Of a stretch of DNA of 64,000 nt, positions 14,063 to 27,420 are shown piece by piece. The notes beneath the pieces were generated by a model. That model was not told the DNA's origin and made no database searches. It saw only the letters and a list, made by a program, of their open reading frames with translations. Within the stretch, counting starts at the first letter, position 1; each line of letters begins with the position of its first letter. The stretch is from NCBI GenBank assembly GCA_964106915.2, contig OZ066922.1; one strand, given 5' to 3'. This DNA is from Podarcis gaigeae (Eukaryota). Both the position numbers and the translations under genes were made by a program.

Positions 14063-15327
14063 GTTGGTTGTAGGCCTTCCTTTTCTGTACTAATGAAACA
14101 AGGGAACAACCATGTTGGAAGTCTCAGCAGTTACAACACTACCACAAGCTACTACTGTAGAATAGAGGAGAATAGGGATCCAGTATGTGAATCCTTGTTT
14201 TTGCTATCCAGTTACCTCAGATTGTTCAGTTTTAAATCCAGTTATTCAAAATTGTGAGTGAAAATTCCGAAGACATTTTTAGCATAACAAACAGACATTC
14301 ACAATATCCTTGGAGCGGTTTCAGACTAAGTTAGTGGTTTCAGAGTTGATAGTGTTTCCAAAAGTCATGTTTACAGAATTGCGAGTCATGGAACTATCAG
14401 GCTCATGTGTTAATATTACTGAAAAACAGATGGCTTTGTCTGGGAAAGCTACGAGCAAATGATTTAATCTTGCCCTGTTTCAAGTGCCTTCCACAACAAG
14501 AATGTGCAAAATATAAAACTACACAGTCCCAAATTCCAGGAAGTGAAACATATCATTCCTGTCAGGCTCTGATGATAATTTTTTGTTTTCACAAGATTGT
14601 GTCTCTTCTGTTGTGATCTCAAAGACAACTGACTGCATAGTCAAGCAATGTATATCCAGTATTCTGGGTTTGGGTTGGGGGGGTGGAACTTGCACCATAT
14701 AGTTAAACCAAATGGCAGTTTCAACCATGAAGAAGCATTATGTGATCAGGGCTAAATGTGAGTTCATTGGTATGCTTATACATTTTCAATGTCTGGACAT
14801 TGCAGGTTTGGAGGGTCAGTCTGCTCTGAATCTCTTCCAATTCTTGGGGTCTTATACCCAGTGAGGGTAAAAAACTGTGGGAGGATTCTATTGTCTGTCT
14901 AGTCAGTCAAGATTCTTCGCAAGATAAGGACCTAGCTGGCCACTTAGGTGTTATCAGCATCCCAAAAGAATGAGTTGGGTGGCAACAGTGATGGTGCCCT
15001 CTGGACAAATGGGTAGGCCTTCTCCCCTCCTCATCAGGATGGTAGATAGAGCACAATAAGATTGTAGTGTGTGAGAGCTCAGCTGGAGGCAGACTGCAGA
15101 CTGAGAAGCTGAGGGACAGAGGCATGCTTGCTTTGGGGCTGAATCCAAGCTATGACTATAGGAGAATCAGCATCTGCTGAGGTGTTAACGCTGTGAGCCA
15201 CTCCATCTTAGGCTTGGGCTGTATATGTGTGCACATAAACCATATATCCTAAAGACACCACAGTGTCTGCTGTCCCTCGTTCCAAGGAAACTAAACTATT
15301 GGTAAGTGCCTGGAAACCCTGGAATCA

Positions 15328-16164
15328 GTGCAAAGCAATGCATATAGTGGCAACAAATCTTAATTTCACACATAAGCTCATGGGGTCTGAACTGGTGGCA
15401 ACTGACCAGGAGAAAGACCTTGGAGTCATGGCAGATAGCTCAGCGTAGGTGTTGACCAAGTATGTGACCGCTGTGAAAAAAGCAAATTGCATACTAGGGA
15501 TTATTAGGAAAGGAGTTGAAAACAAAACTGCCAACACCATAATGCCATCATACAAAACTACTTTGTCACCACATTTGAAATCCTCTGTACAATTCTGGTC
15601 ACCTCGCCTCAAAAAGGATATTGTAGAGTTGGGAAAGGTTTCGAAAAGGGCAACCAAAATGATAAAGGGTATGGAGAAACTCCACTAAGAGGAAAGGTTA
15701 CAGCATTTGGGACATTGACATGATAGAAGCTCATATACATTTGCATGGTGTGGAGAAGGTTTTTTCCTTTGCTCATAACACTAAGACCTGAGGACATCCA
15801 GTGAAGCTGAATGTTGGGAGATCCCAGGACAGACAGAAAAAAGTACTTCTTCAAACAATGCATATTTAAACTTTGGGATTTGCTCCTACAACAGGCAGTG
15901 ATGGCCACCAACTTGGATGGCTTTAAAAGAGAAGAGCATTAGACAAATTCATGGAAGATAAGACTTCCAGTGAGGCTGACTCCTTTGTGGCTACTAGCCA
16001 TGATGGCTATCCTCTGCTTCTGCAGTAAGAGGCAGTATACATCTGAATACCAGTTGCTGGAAACCGCAGGAGGGTAGAGTGCTCTTGTGCTTCAACCTTC
16101 CTGTAGGCATCTGGCTGGCTTCTGTGAGAACCAGATGCTGGACTGGACTGCCTGATCGAACAAG
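15328..16164 (+). mobile_element. CR1 LINE 3' fragment
   Basis: Degenerate RT C-terminus (AVKKANCILGIIRKG...VQFWSPRLKKDIVELGKV.KRATKMIKG) followed by a CR1 3'UTR; the tail resumes at about 16741. Confidence 0.9.
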
Positions 16165-16730
16165 TTACAGGTAGGTAGCCGTGTTGGTCTGCCGTAGTCG
16201 AAACAAAATTTAAAAAATTCCTTCCAGTAGCACCTTAGAGACCAACTAAGTTAGTTATTGGTATGTGCTTTCATGTGCATGCACACTTCTTCAGATATGA
16301 AGATACGAACTTAGTTGGTCTCTAAGGTGCTACTAAGGGACACGGGTGGCGCTGTGGGTTAAACCACAGAGCCTAGGACTTGCCGATCAGAAGGTCGGCA
16401 GTTCGAATCCCCGCAACGGGGTGAGCAACCGTTGCTCGGTCCCTGCTCCTGCCAACCTAGCAGTTCGAAAGCACGTCAAAGTGCAAGTAGATAAATAGGT
16501 ACCCCTCCGGCGGGAAGGTAAACGGTGTTTCCGTGCGCTACTCCGGTTCGCCAGAAGTGGCTTAGTCATGCTGGCCACATGACCAAGAAGCTGTACGCCA
16601 GCTCCCTCAGGCAATAAAGCGAGATGAGCACCGCAACCCCAGAGTCGGCCACGACTGGACCTAATGGTCAGGGGTCCCTTTACCTTTACCTTTACCTTAA
16701 GGTGCTACTGGAAGGATTTTATTTTTTTTA
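16165..16730. mobile_element. Penelope-like terminal fragment with inverted arm, interrupted by a Sauria SINE
   Basis: ggtagccgtgttggtctg...gcaccttagagaccaactaag, then its reverse complement cttagttggtctctaaggtgctac. Mutated hammerhead core. Flanking duplication atc(g/c)aacaag. Confidence 0.75.
16337..16697 (+). mobile_element. Sauria SINE, full length
   Basis: gggacacgggtggcgctgtgggttaaacc head, (ACCTTT)n tail, TSD taaggtgctact at 16323-16334 and 16698-16709. Confidence 0.92.
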
Positions 16731-18034
16731 ATCCAACAAGGCTATTGTTATGCTATTGTGTTCTTAAGGCAACAGGGCACAGCCAAAATCAGTCTATCAT
16801 TCTCTTTCTTATAACTGGAGCAATCATCTGCTACAGTTGCATGCAATGCTTGAGCTTGGCTTGTAGTCCAAAGCATGCCCAATATAGCTCCACCCACTTA
16901 TTGGAATTTATCTGAAGTTCTTCCATGTGATTTACCACTCCCCCCACCCAAAGTATAAACATTTACCACATTGACCTAATACCAGTGACCTAGCCCATGC
17001 TAATTCCATTTAGAATTGCCATAATAAAATGTCGAAATCTAGTCAAAGTTAAAGCCCATCAGTTGCTTATCTCTGTTCCATTGAAGATGAAGAAGACTTA
17101 ATTCTGGATTGCACTCAAAGGTTTTTGGTTTTGCATTAAGCTCAGCTAGGTATTTACGCTATTTTAGAAAACAGATCCAGAAGCTTTTTGAAACTGCCTA
17201 TCTTACACTGGGGGGAGGGGGGAATACTAGCCAGCCAACTATTAATGATAACACTTCCTTTGTGCAATACATCTTGTAAAGTTATCTCCATGAAAGAAAG
17301 AGTGCTGTGTAATGGTTCTCTGTTCTGTAATGAATGACTGGCTCATTTTTTAACAAAACTACAGTGAATAAATGATGGGGGAAACCAGAGGATGAGTTGC
17401 ACAATATGGCACAGAACATTGAAAAAACTGTATTCCTCCACCAGACGTTTAAAGGAGAGTCAGCAATCCTTTTGAAATGCATACTTACATTTGGAAAGAA
17501 ACCATGCATTTTTTATCGTGCCAAGTAAATTTAATTGTCTGTTATCACATCCTAAAGCTGAAAACCCAAGTAACACATAACAATGCAGTCAAGAGCTTTT
17601 GACTAGCAGCTATTTGAAATCTGGAGTATATCTGTTTTTGTAATAAGCCTGAGCACTAAATACTACTTGGCATTTTTGCCACACTTTAGAATGTTCAAAA
17701 CACTTCACGTCTTTTATCTCACTAATTACAACAACAGTGTAAGGTTGCAGATTTAGGGCTGCTTCAAGCTACCAATTGAGTTGGTGGCAATTATGAGACC
17801 GGAACTGGAGTATACTGACTCTAGGCTCAATACCTTATTATGATTACCACCTCTCTCTTCCATAAGAATGAAGATGTGATGCTGATAAGAACCACTTAGA
17901 ACAAAACTGCTTATGACTAGCAATTGCATAAACCAAACTAATGATTATTTGGCACTGCAGCAGATACTTCCTTAACTGCTGGTATTTGGCTGTTCACTCT
18001 GAATCTACAGTTGGCTAACAACCTGCCTAATATT

Positions 18035-18181
18035 CAGTGGCATAGCGTGGGTTGTCAGCACCTGGGGCAAGGCAAGTAATTTGCGCCCTCTAACCCATGG
18101 ATTTGCGCCAACTAACCCTAACCCCCAGATGTTGCGCCCGGTGCGGCTGGCCCCCACTGCACCCGCCACGCTACGCCACTG
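18035..18181. mobile_element. hAT-type MITE, same family as 819-964, opposite orientation
   Basis: Same TIRs and internal ctaacc repeats; 8-bp TSD ctaatatt at 18027-18034 and 18182-18189. Confidence 0.9.
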
Positions 18182-19840
18182 CTAATATTATTAATACCAG
18201 TGAAACCACTATTAAGTTTTGGAGAGAGGGGGCGCAAAAAGAGTGGAAGAGAAGATGAAGATAGAAGGAAGAGGAGAGGATGGAATACAAATGGTACACA
18301 CACACACACTCATATATAGTTGCAGACTGGAATTAAACGTAGTCCCTGGGTTTGCAAATAAGTATTTCCTACAGCACCAAGCTTGCAAGTATATGATTTA
18401 AAACATTTGTTCAGTAACAGTGAACTGATAAATGAAGATGCGTATTCAATTAAATTTTACTCAGAGTAAACCTGTTGAAATTAGTGGAGCTAAATTAGTC
18501 ATGTTCATCAATTGCAATGAGTCTACTCTGGGTAAAACCTAGTTGAATGCCGCCCAAAGAAAACTACTTTTAGGGGTGAAATCCTCAAAGTTATATTTTT
18601 AACAGTGCCGAAAGACATGTGCTTTTGTATGTTCTAACATCTTCCTTTTCTGAGATCTGTTGAAACTTTGAGTCTTGCCTGTACAGAATATTGTAATAAT
18701 TGTGTGTTTATCTCTTTCTTCTTTCTCAGCCCAAGTTGGGCTTTCGCCTAAAAAATTATGCTTTTTTATTGCATCCTTACTCATTAAATATCTTTCCATT
18801 TTAAGCTATATCCACTATTAAAAAATCCATTTTCTAAACCTGCAGCCCATTGTGGTTTATTTTTCCTCAAAAAGCAAAGCCTTCTTTTCATTTGAATTAA
18901 TTGCATGCCATGAGCTGTATTCGTAGATTTGCAAATAAGCAAACGTTAGTGCACAGACACAAGTCCCACTAAAGCATTATGTCTCTTCACGGCTGCATTA
19001 GGGTTTGCTTCTGTAATCAATGGAGCTTGCACATGACCAAACCAGACACAGAGCAATGAGGCATTTTCTCTCTCCGGACAAATAGTCTACATTTTGCAGA
19101 GTCCTAAGTACCTAGAAATAGGTCTGCAATGATGAGTGCCTCCTTAGTAACTCTGATATCACTTTCATGATGCTGTAATAATACGGCTGCAAGAAGTTTA
19201 CTGGTCAACATCCATTTGATTAAAGTGGGAGCTGATAGCCTTTAAGGATGAATAAGGCTTCGCGAAAGTGCAGTTCCATGGCTATGTAGCATGCAGTTAT
19301 TCTGCAAAAGAAACTTGAAGGTTGCACAAAATAAAGAGCACAAGGGTGTTAGGCCATCCAAGGAAGACCACACAAGATTACTTTATTGAGACTGTAATGG
19401 GTTACCTTTGTGCCATTCCCATTCTCATTACAATCAGTGCCACTAGAATGGATTCACGTTGTGCCATTTTCTGCTCTAGTTGCACTAAGAATGAAGCATT
19501 TAAATCCACATACAATCTTTGATTGGTTGATCACTCCTCCTGTACTCCCTTTCATGAAGCCCTGGCAACATGAAATAGTGAAATTGTCAGAGGGTCAAAA
19601 TGCACTTTTGGAAAGGAAAGTTTTGTCCTTTGATTTCTGTTCTTTCCCTTCTCCTACTTTTTTTCCTTTTTTACCTTTCCCATTCACAGTATCTCTAATG
19701 GCTCTGAGAAATAAGCGAACAAAAAACAACAACCCCCCAATTGTATTAACTTTAGTACTTCTTACAGTTTCAAAAAAAACAACAACCCAAAAAAAATCTG
19801 TTTACACATTGCATGGTATGTACTGTATAATCATTTTTTC

Positions 19841-19859
19841 AGGCCACTAGATGGCTCCA
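19841..19859 (+). promoter_or_regulatory. CTCF motif
   Basis: aggCCACTAGATGGCtcca; same orientation as the 9852 site. Confidence 0.55.
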
Positions 19860-21510
19860 GATCCAGAAAGGAACTTAGCAGCTTGTTCCTGGTGCCCATC
19901 CAGCCACAGTACCCTGCTTTGTTTCTGGTAGATATGAACCCAAAGGAGAAACTTTCCATGAAGCATTTGGATAGCTTAAAAAAATATCTCCCCACCATGC
20001 GCACACACATTTCAACAGTTTTTAAGGAACTGGTTTGAGATAGGTTGAAAGTGTTCATCCATTAAGAGTGAGGGAAAGCTTCCTCAAGCTCAGTGACGTC
20101 AGTGTGTCTCCTGCTCTGATTGGCTAAGTATTCATTGACACCCCCTTGTTCCCTTTGTGGTTCCCAAATATCTGGGATCTCCCATGTGATTACATCAAGA
20201 AGAGGTTGCAGTAACTTGGGAAATAAAAAATGGGTGTTAAAGCTGGTAGCTAGCAGGCTCCAAAAAGATTATATTTAAGGGGAAATGTTTCAAAAAATAA
20301 AAAACCCTTTAACCTGTAAAAAACCTGGAAATGGGTGAATATTTGGTGAAGCCCTAAATGTATCTTTGCTGGTATTTTATTAGCTTCATCGAGGTAAAGC
20401 TCAACCAGACTGCAACAGGGTTGTTTGGTCAAAGGTCCCAGAACATGTCAGTCACTGCACAGTTCTCGAAGGCCTTTGTGTCAATCACTATCATTGAGTG
20501 AGACCCCACATCATTCATGGGCCCAGATGTGTTTTTCCTGAATGCTACTGATTGCATCATAGCAACTATAGCCTGGCAGGTTTGCGCTATTCTTAATGTG
20601 TTATTTCTTTTGCTTTCTTCTCGCTTTGTGCACGAGACCTCTATACACTGAATCAGACTCAGTTTCATCTATATTGAGGTGGACGTTATGGAGCCCTCCA
20701 GATGTTGTTTACTACAGCCCCTATAATTTCTGTTAGCTGGGGCTGAAGGGTGTTGGAGTCCAACAATGTCTGAAGAGCACTACACTGAGTGTCAGTGTTT
20801 CTCCAGACTTCAGATAAGTCTTTCTCAGCCTTATATAAAAGTATCAGAGATTGAACCCAGAAGTTTCTGGGTGCAGAACATATGCCCAGTTACTAAGCCA
20901 TGACCCTTCCCCACAGACTTAGAGAGTATTTGCTCCTTCATGAACAAGATGCTATGCACTGTCTCAGTGATCTTTGTTGCATTAAACAAAGCTGATATGC
21001 CAAATATATTAATCCAACATGATCTATCATCCCTTCCAGTGCAAGTTTGCTTGCTTTGCTTGCTTGCTTACTTTTTCTTCACAGTCTGAGCCACTTTTGT
21101 AAATACATGACTAGGATAATAATGTGTTCAGGGATTCAGATTTTTATTCAGACAGTCTGCTGAATACCAAGGTGAAAATCAATATCTGAATCCCTCTTTC
21201 CCTTTCTTATAGTTCAGTCAAAAGCCAACCAATTTAAATTTTAAAAAAGAGAAGGGTCGTTGAGGGTGTTGCTTCACTTCTCGAACTTCCATAAATATGT
21301 AAAATTGTACCCTGATTTTTATATAATATAAACACAGCTCTTTTATTCGATCTAATTTGGTGCAAAGTAATGGAATTGATTGCAGTAGGCTCGGTTGATA
21401 AAAGCAAATGAAAGCACTTTCCCCCACAATGCATTATTAACTTACTAAGCTAAGGACTGAAAGATGTGACAGAAAGATGGCCACAAGCTTAGATGACTTT
21501 ATAAAAGGAT

Positions 21511-21693
21511 CACCATATTTACTCGAATCTAATGCTCACCTTTTTTGGCCAAATTACATTGAGAAAATTAAGGTGTGCATTAGATTTGATGGCACATTTA
21601 CATTCACACATACTTTTTTTGTTTGTTTCAAGGTTCTGAAAACTGAGGTGTGCATTAGATTCAATGGCACATTAGACTCAAGTAAATACGGTA
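21511..21693. mobile_element. Tc1/mariner-type MITE
   Basis: TIRs ccatatttactcgaatctaatg / cattagactcaagtaaatacgg; a related copy lies at about 25077-25265. Confidence 0.7.
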
Positions 21694-22081
21694 AATGAAT
21701 TCATTATTCTTAGCCGTAACAGCTAATGAACCCTTCATGTTCAGAGGCAGCCTATTTCTGATTGCCAACTGTTAGGGGAAAGCAAAAATGAATGACCATC
21801 ATCTTCATGCCCTGAGTGGACATGTTTGGAAGTACAATGCTGGAGGGGATGAACTTCAATATAATCAAACACAACATCTGTGCACTTCATAGACAGGTTC
21901 AAGTTTGGTTCCCAGTGGGTCCTACTGAGTTCACCAGGATGACTGTGGCCAGCAAGGCAGATGGGAAGGGAACAAATTTTGTTCCCTCTAAGAAACTGAG
22001 ATAATCAGAGACAGGCTTTGACCCCCACATGTGTGAAAACTCCACTCTAATGGTGTTACTTTGTCTGTATAAAAGAACAGT

Positions 22082-22250
22082 TACCGTATTTTTCTGTGTG
22101 TAAGACTAGGTTTTTCCCCCTAAAAAATAATGTCAAAAATTAGGGGGCGTCATACATGGGGCTATCTCCCTCCATTTTCTTAAATCTGAGTCCCCCAAAA
22201 TAGGGGGCGTCTTATACATGGGGGCATCTTATAGACGGAAAAATGCGGTA
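22082..22250. mobile_element. Tc1/mariner-type MITE
   Basis: taccgtatttttc...gaaaaatgcggta termini with TA flanks. Confidence 0.75.
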
Positions 22251-24002
22251 TTATTCCATCTTATGGGGAAAGCCAATGTAAGTTACTTGGGGTTGCTACT
22301 GGGACAAACCATGACTCCTGCCACTGGGTGGCCCAGCTTCCATGCAACAGACCCCATGGTTGCAATACAGCTCCACAAAGAGCATCCCTTGTACCCCCTC
22401 AGGGTCCCTGCAACATATAGGCTCTCCCCCCCACCAAAAAATATTGATCTATTGCTAGTAGCACTGTCACTATTTTTATAATTGTTTCTCTACCACCTTT
22501 CAGCCTGTTGCTCGCAACAGTCATAAGTGATATGAAAACAACAACAACTATGGCAGAACAAGCAAAAACAGAGTCGAGTGATAAAAACCAGCTAGTATTC
22601 TGGAAAGGCCAGGTAAACGAAAAGATCTTCTCCCAGCTCCTGAACCACATCAAACTGCTGCCAGAAAACGAAGCCTCCCTAGGGAGGGCATTCTACATGT
22701 GGGTTGGTAAAAAAAGAGCCACATTCCAGTTACCACTTGACTCAGTTCAGCGAAAGAAGATTGAGTAATCCACTGGTTATAAAGATTTATAGCCCTTCCT
22801 TCCAATACACATGCATTGCTTAAGATGCTTTACAATAAATAGTAAGATAAAGGAACAACAGAAAAATGCAGCAGCAAGAAAAACACAAGCAAACACAGCT
22901 GACAGTTTAAAACACAGCCTTCAAAACACACACCAATGATTAACTTATTATTTGGACAGGTCCATAAGCTGCCACCAAGCAGTTTAGATCTCTAAATGTT
23001 TGCACGGCACTTTAAATTGGTGCTACCAGAAACGGACTGGTAGCCAGTATAGGAGTCTAAGAACTGGTGAGAAGTGTACCCTATCACTGATCCCAGTTAT
23101 TAACTTACATTCCATATAAATGAAGTTTCTTTGAAGGCAACAAAGGCAGTCCCAGGTATGCAGCAGTCTAATCTTAATGAGAGCCTAGAAAACCATGACG
23201 AGGCTGTCACTGCCCAGAGCCTCCATCAATTCACAAGAATCTGATCTGACACAATGCGGAGGGTCACAGGATTTGTTCATCTAGTCTAGAACTGGCAACT
23301 ATAACAGGCAGTAGCTCTGTCTACTAGTCTAGTCTATCATATCACCCACTCCTTGATCTTTTTAAAAACGAGATATCCCAGAGTTTGCCATTGTAGTTAA
23401 TTATGCAATTACATTTGTATATACATTTGCATACATTGATTTAAACTGTGTGTAACATCAGGCATCATCTAACAAGATTCTGTGTGAGATGGTGAAATGG
23501 GAAATGGCTCTTTTTAAGAAAGTATTAGCATTAATAATTTTTATTTTTCAAAAATATGTTGCCAACTTAGTCAAACACCTTTTTAGTTCATTAAAAGTTT
23601 GTTAACTGATTGATCTAACTTATCAATCTGCTAAAATGTGCCTCCTTAATTATTATTAATGTTTAAAGCATATCATTGTCACATAGATTAACACATTTCT
23701 TGCAGAATCCACAAAGGAGGGAATAAAGTTGTTAGACATTATCTTATTGGGATGAGTTGCCTTTTACTATAAGGCTAGTATCTTTCTAAAGCTGAAATCA
23801 TATATGCACACTTAGCTTAAGAGCTAGTCCCACTCAAATCAGTGGGATATACGTCCACACATAGACCTTACATTCAACAGCATCAAGCTATAAGGCCTTA
23901 TTCCACTGCTAACCATCTTAATTCAAAGTAAATCTAGTTCATTTTAATGAGGGTTTTTTCCTCACAATGAAAATGTGTCACCACTGATCTTATTCTTGTA
24001 TT

Positions 24003-24335
24003 CATGAAGGAGTGTCTCCACCCCCATCAGTCAGCCCAGACACTGAGGACCAGCTCTGAGGGCCTTCTGGTGGTTCCCTCACTGCAAGATGTGAGGTTAC
24101 AGGGAACCAGGCAGAAGGCCTTCTCGGTGGTGGCACACACCCCTGTGGAACTCTCTTCCATCAGATATCAAGGAAATAAACTATCTGACTTTTAGACAAC
24201 ATCTGAAGGCAGCCCTGTTTAGGGAAGTTTTTAATGTTTGATGTTGTATTCTGTTTTTAATCTGTTGGGAGCAACCCAGAGTGGCTGGGGAAACCCAGCC
24301 AGATGGGTGGGGTATAAATAATAAATAAATAATAA
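24003..24335 (+). mobile_element. L2-type LINE 3' fragment
   Basis: Encodes LRTSSEGLLVVP...AFSVVA and ends in gggtataaat(aat)n; a reverse copy of the same tail lies at about 45920-46110. Confidence 0.75.
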
Positions 24336-27094
24336 TTATTATCATTGATTTATTAATTGCCTTCTAAACAACAGTCTGAAGGCAATTAAAGACAGTTAAA
24401 AACTGTTAAAAGCTGTGTGGTTCAGACAAAGGCAGTGAAAGTTCCTCCCAAACTGTTGGAAAGGATGTGGGGGAAAGGGAACTTATACACATCTTTGATG
24501 GCAATGTCTACAGGTAGATATTATCTGGAATAGAGTGCTGTCTAGAATTATAGGACAAATGATTGTGAATGTCCTAGTTCTTGCCACAAAACACACAAGA
24601 AGAGGCTCTTACTTGTAAGTAAGAAAGAGATATTTATTCAGCCATATAACTGTACAAGCTCAGCAGCAGACACAAGGAATGTTGGGATTGCAAACTCATA
24701 TTTCCTTGGGGTGGGTAAGTCTGCTCCCATCTGCAAAAGCAGTGTCTGGTTTTAGGTGCCAAGACTGCACCCTTCTGTTCTTACTCCTGTTCAGTCACTG
24801 CAGCCTCCAGCCCCCTTCCTCTAACCTAGTCCCCCTGCAGCCCCCTTCCTCTAACCTAGGTTCCCATCATTCAGGACCACCCCCCAATTTCTTCCTCATG
24901 CATCAGCAACTTCAAACCCAACCCAGATACTGATAGCACTGCAGGGCTCATGACAGTGAAAACTCCAAAACTAATATCACTTTCTGCATTTGAAGAAGTC
25001 AGCACACATTTGAAACCAAAAGTGTTTGTACATTTTATATTGGTTGTGACTAGACTTGCTATTACACAAAACTGGAAAGGTTATGCACAGCTGTATTTAC
25101 CATATTTACTCAATTATAACACACACCCTTTTTGGCCAAATTACATCATGAAAATTAGGGTGTGCATTAGATTTGATGGCAGCAGAAAATACTTTTTTGG
25201 TTTCAAGGTTTTGAAAATTGAGGTGCTCAGTAGATTCGAAAGCACATTAGATTTGCATAAATTTTTGGAAGTTAGCAGATCGTAGTGTGATGACAGGGAA
25301 AGTGAAACCAGAATACTATTTCACTGTGTGGAATGACTTTATTATACAAAAATATAACACAATGATAGCTCCCTCTGCGAAAATGTGTGTTTCAGTTTAG
25401 AAAAATAATAATCAGAATGATGACAGATAGAAATTATGAAAATTTGGGGCTTGCATGTAGGTAGGTACTTGTGAGATTAGCACTACCATTTCTAGTTATT
25501 GATGTCCACAATAAATGACCAGAAAGGGGTCTCCAATTATATTTCTACAGAGAAGAGTAAATACGAAGTTACTTGCTATTGAACTATTTGCTCTTTATAG
25601 TAAACCAACTGTTTTACAGTTTTATATTGTAAAATTTCTTAATTTTATTATGTTGTTTAGTTAGAAGGGCTGTTAACTAGTGATTCACCCACTTCTTCAG
25701 TAGTACTAATAGCACAGGGTTAGATTCAGCAGCAAACAGGCACAGAGGCCTTCACTGCATAATTATCTACTTTTTGTGTTTTTAAGTAAGTATAAGGCTC
25801 TTCTCAGCTTTCAAACCCATTTCCACCAATACCTTGGATTGCTGTGAAGTCCCTTCCACAGCCTTTATGGTACCAGACGGATTACCGAACATTTATCATG
25901 AGGTCTAGAACCGTGATGCTGTTCATCATGGTATCTAGGAAAGTTGATTGTTGTTGTTTTTCAACCGTTTGAAAAAGAAGCGAGAAGAAAGGGAAACTGT
26001 GAAAAGCGCCTTTGCCTATTTTGATTATTCCAAGGCCTGAAAGGAGCTAGGTGACAACACAGGAAACCTCCCTCTCCCTGATCAGAACAAGATTCATTCC
26101 AACGCAGTCGCAGACTTTGGTTGTTGTTTTTTTCAAGGCTACAGCAATCTGCAGATCATAAATCACCTGCCCAGCTGCAGCCCTCCCCTTGCCCCGTGTT
26201 TCCAGGGCTCTTTGCAGCACCGACCCTGTGTGCAAAGCTGCGCTTCTTCGCCTTCTGTCTAATGGCTCACATCCCTGGCTTTTCAGCTGGAGTGCAGCTG
26301 AATATTTTTTACAAGCAGGCGTCGAGTGATCTGTCGCTTCTTGGGGCATAATTGTGTGCGTGCGCGCACGCGCGCTCACCTACCTGGATCTTTTTACGCA
26401 CCCAACCTCTGAATCTGCAACTGATGCTACACGTGTGCCCTTTTCTGCCCCACCCCCCGGAGGGATCTACCTCCTGCGTTTAACCTTTGTAGCAGAAGAA
26501 GGTCGCAGGGTTCACTCCGAAAGGTCCTTGATCCGTGACAAGCGTGCCTTTTAACGTGGGAAGAGGCGACATTGTTCAGGGGGCAGGGCTCCAAAGAGTC
26601 GGAGCGTTTTCTCCCCCCCCTCCTCCTCCAAAAACAAAAAAGAGAAACTTTTTGCACACAACAATTAATATATTCGCGTTTCCTCCCACTTTCCCAATGG
26701 GCTACCAGCTGCAAAAACTCCTGAATAGCAAGCTTAATTGTGTTTTGTCATGCAGAATACCTCCCTTTTCTATAGGGGGGAAACGCTGCGAAGGGGAAGG
26801 GGGAGGAAAGAGAAACAGCTTTTGGAAGATTTGGAGTGTATTTCTTCCTCGGCTAGCACGAGCTCATTTGCATGGGTCACCTCTTCGCCTGCCAGACCCA
26901 GGTAGCGCCCCACCCCCACCCCTAGATGTCACACGCTTTCTGGTTCCTTACAATACTTGTGTTTTTTTTAATAAAAAAACCCATCAACGACTCCATTCCG
27001 CTTCCATTATATTAAACCCCATTTTATTAAGGCTCCCTCGTTGTTGTTGTTTAAAACGACAACGACAACAATAACCACCACCACCGACTTGGTT

Positions 27095-27420
27095 TTGAGT
27101 GCTGGTTTAGGACCTGGGACACTAAGTCATGAAGCTCAGTGGGTGACCTTGGGCCAGTCACAAATCTCTCAGCCCTAACCTACCACGCAGGGTTGTCCTG
27201 CGGATTAAACGAGGAGAGGGAGAAGGATGTACCGTATATGCCACCTCTGGAGAAAAGGTGGCATATAAATGCAATGAATGAATGAATAAGTCTGTCCAGC
27301 ATGAGACTCATGATCTCAGCGTCGTGGGTTCGAGTCCCACTTTGAGTGAAGGATTCCTGCATTGCAGGGGGTCGGACTAGATGTCCCTTCCAACTCTTAC
27401 AATTCTATGCCTTTTATGCC
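27095..27420 (+). mobile_element. CORE/MIR-like SINE followed by a tRNA-Lys-derived SINE with CR1-like tail
   Basis: gggtgaccttgggccagtcac core; then gcatgagactcatgatctcagcgtcgtgggttcgagtcccac (tRNA-like B box) and cccttccaactct...ttctatg tail. Confidence 0.65.

Noticed and set aside
27290-27350. tRNA-Lys-like sequence (also about 39140-39210 and 62287-62345)
   Set aside because: Degenerate and fused to CR1-like tails, so these are SINE heads rather than tRNA genes.
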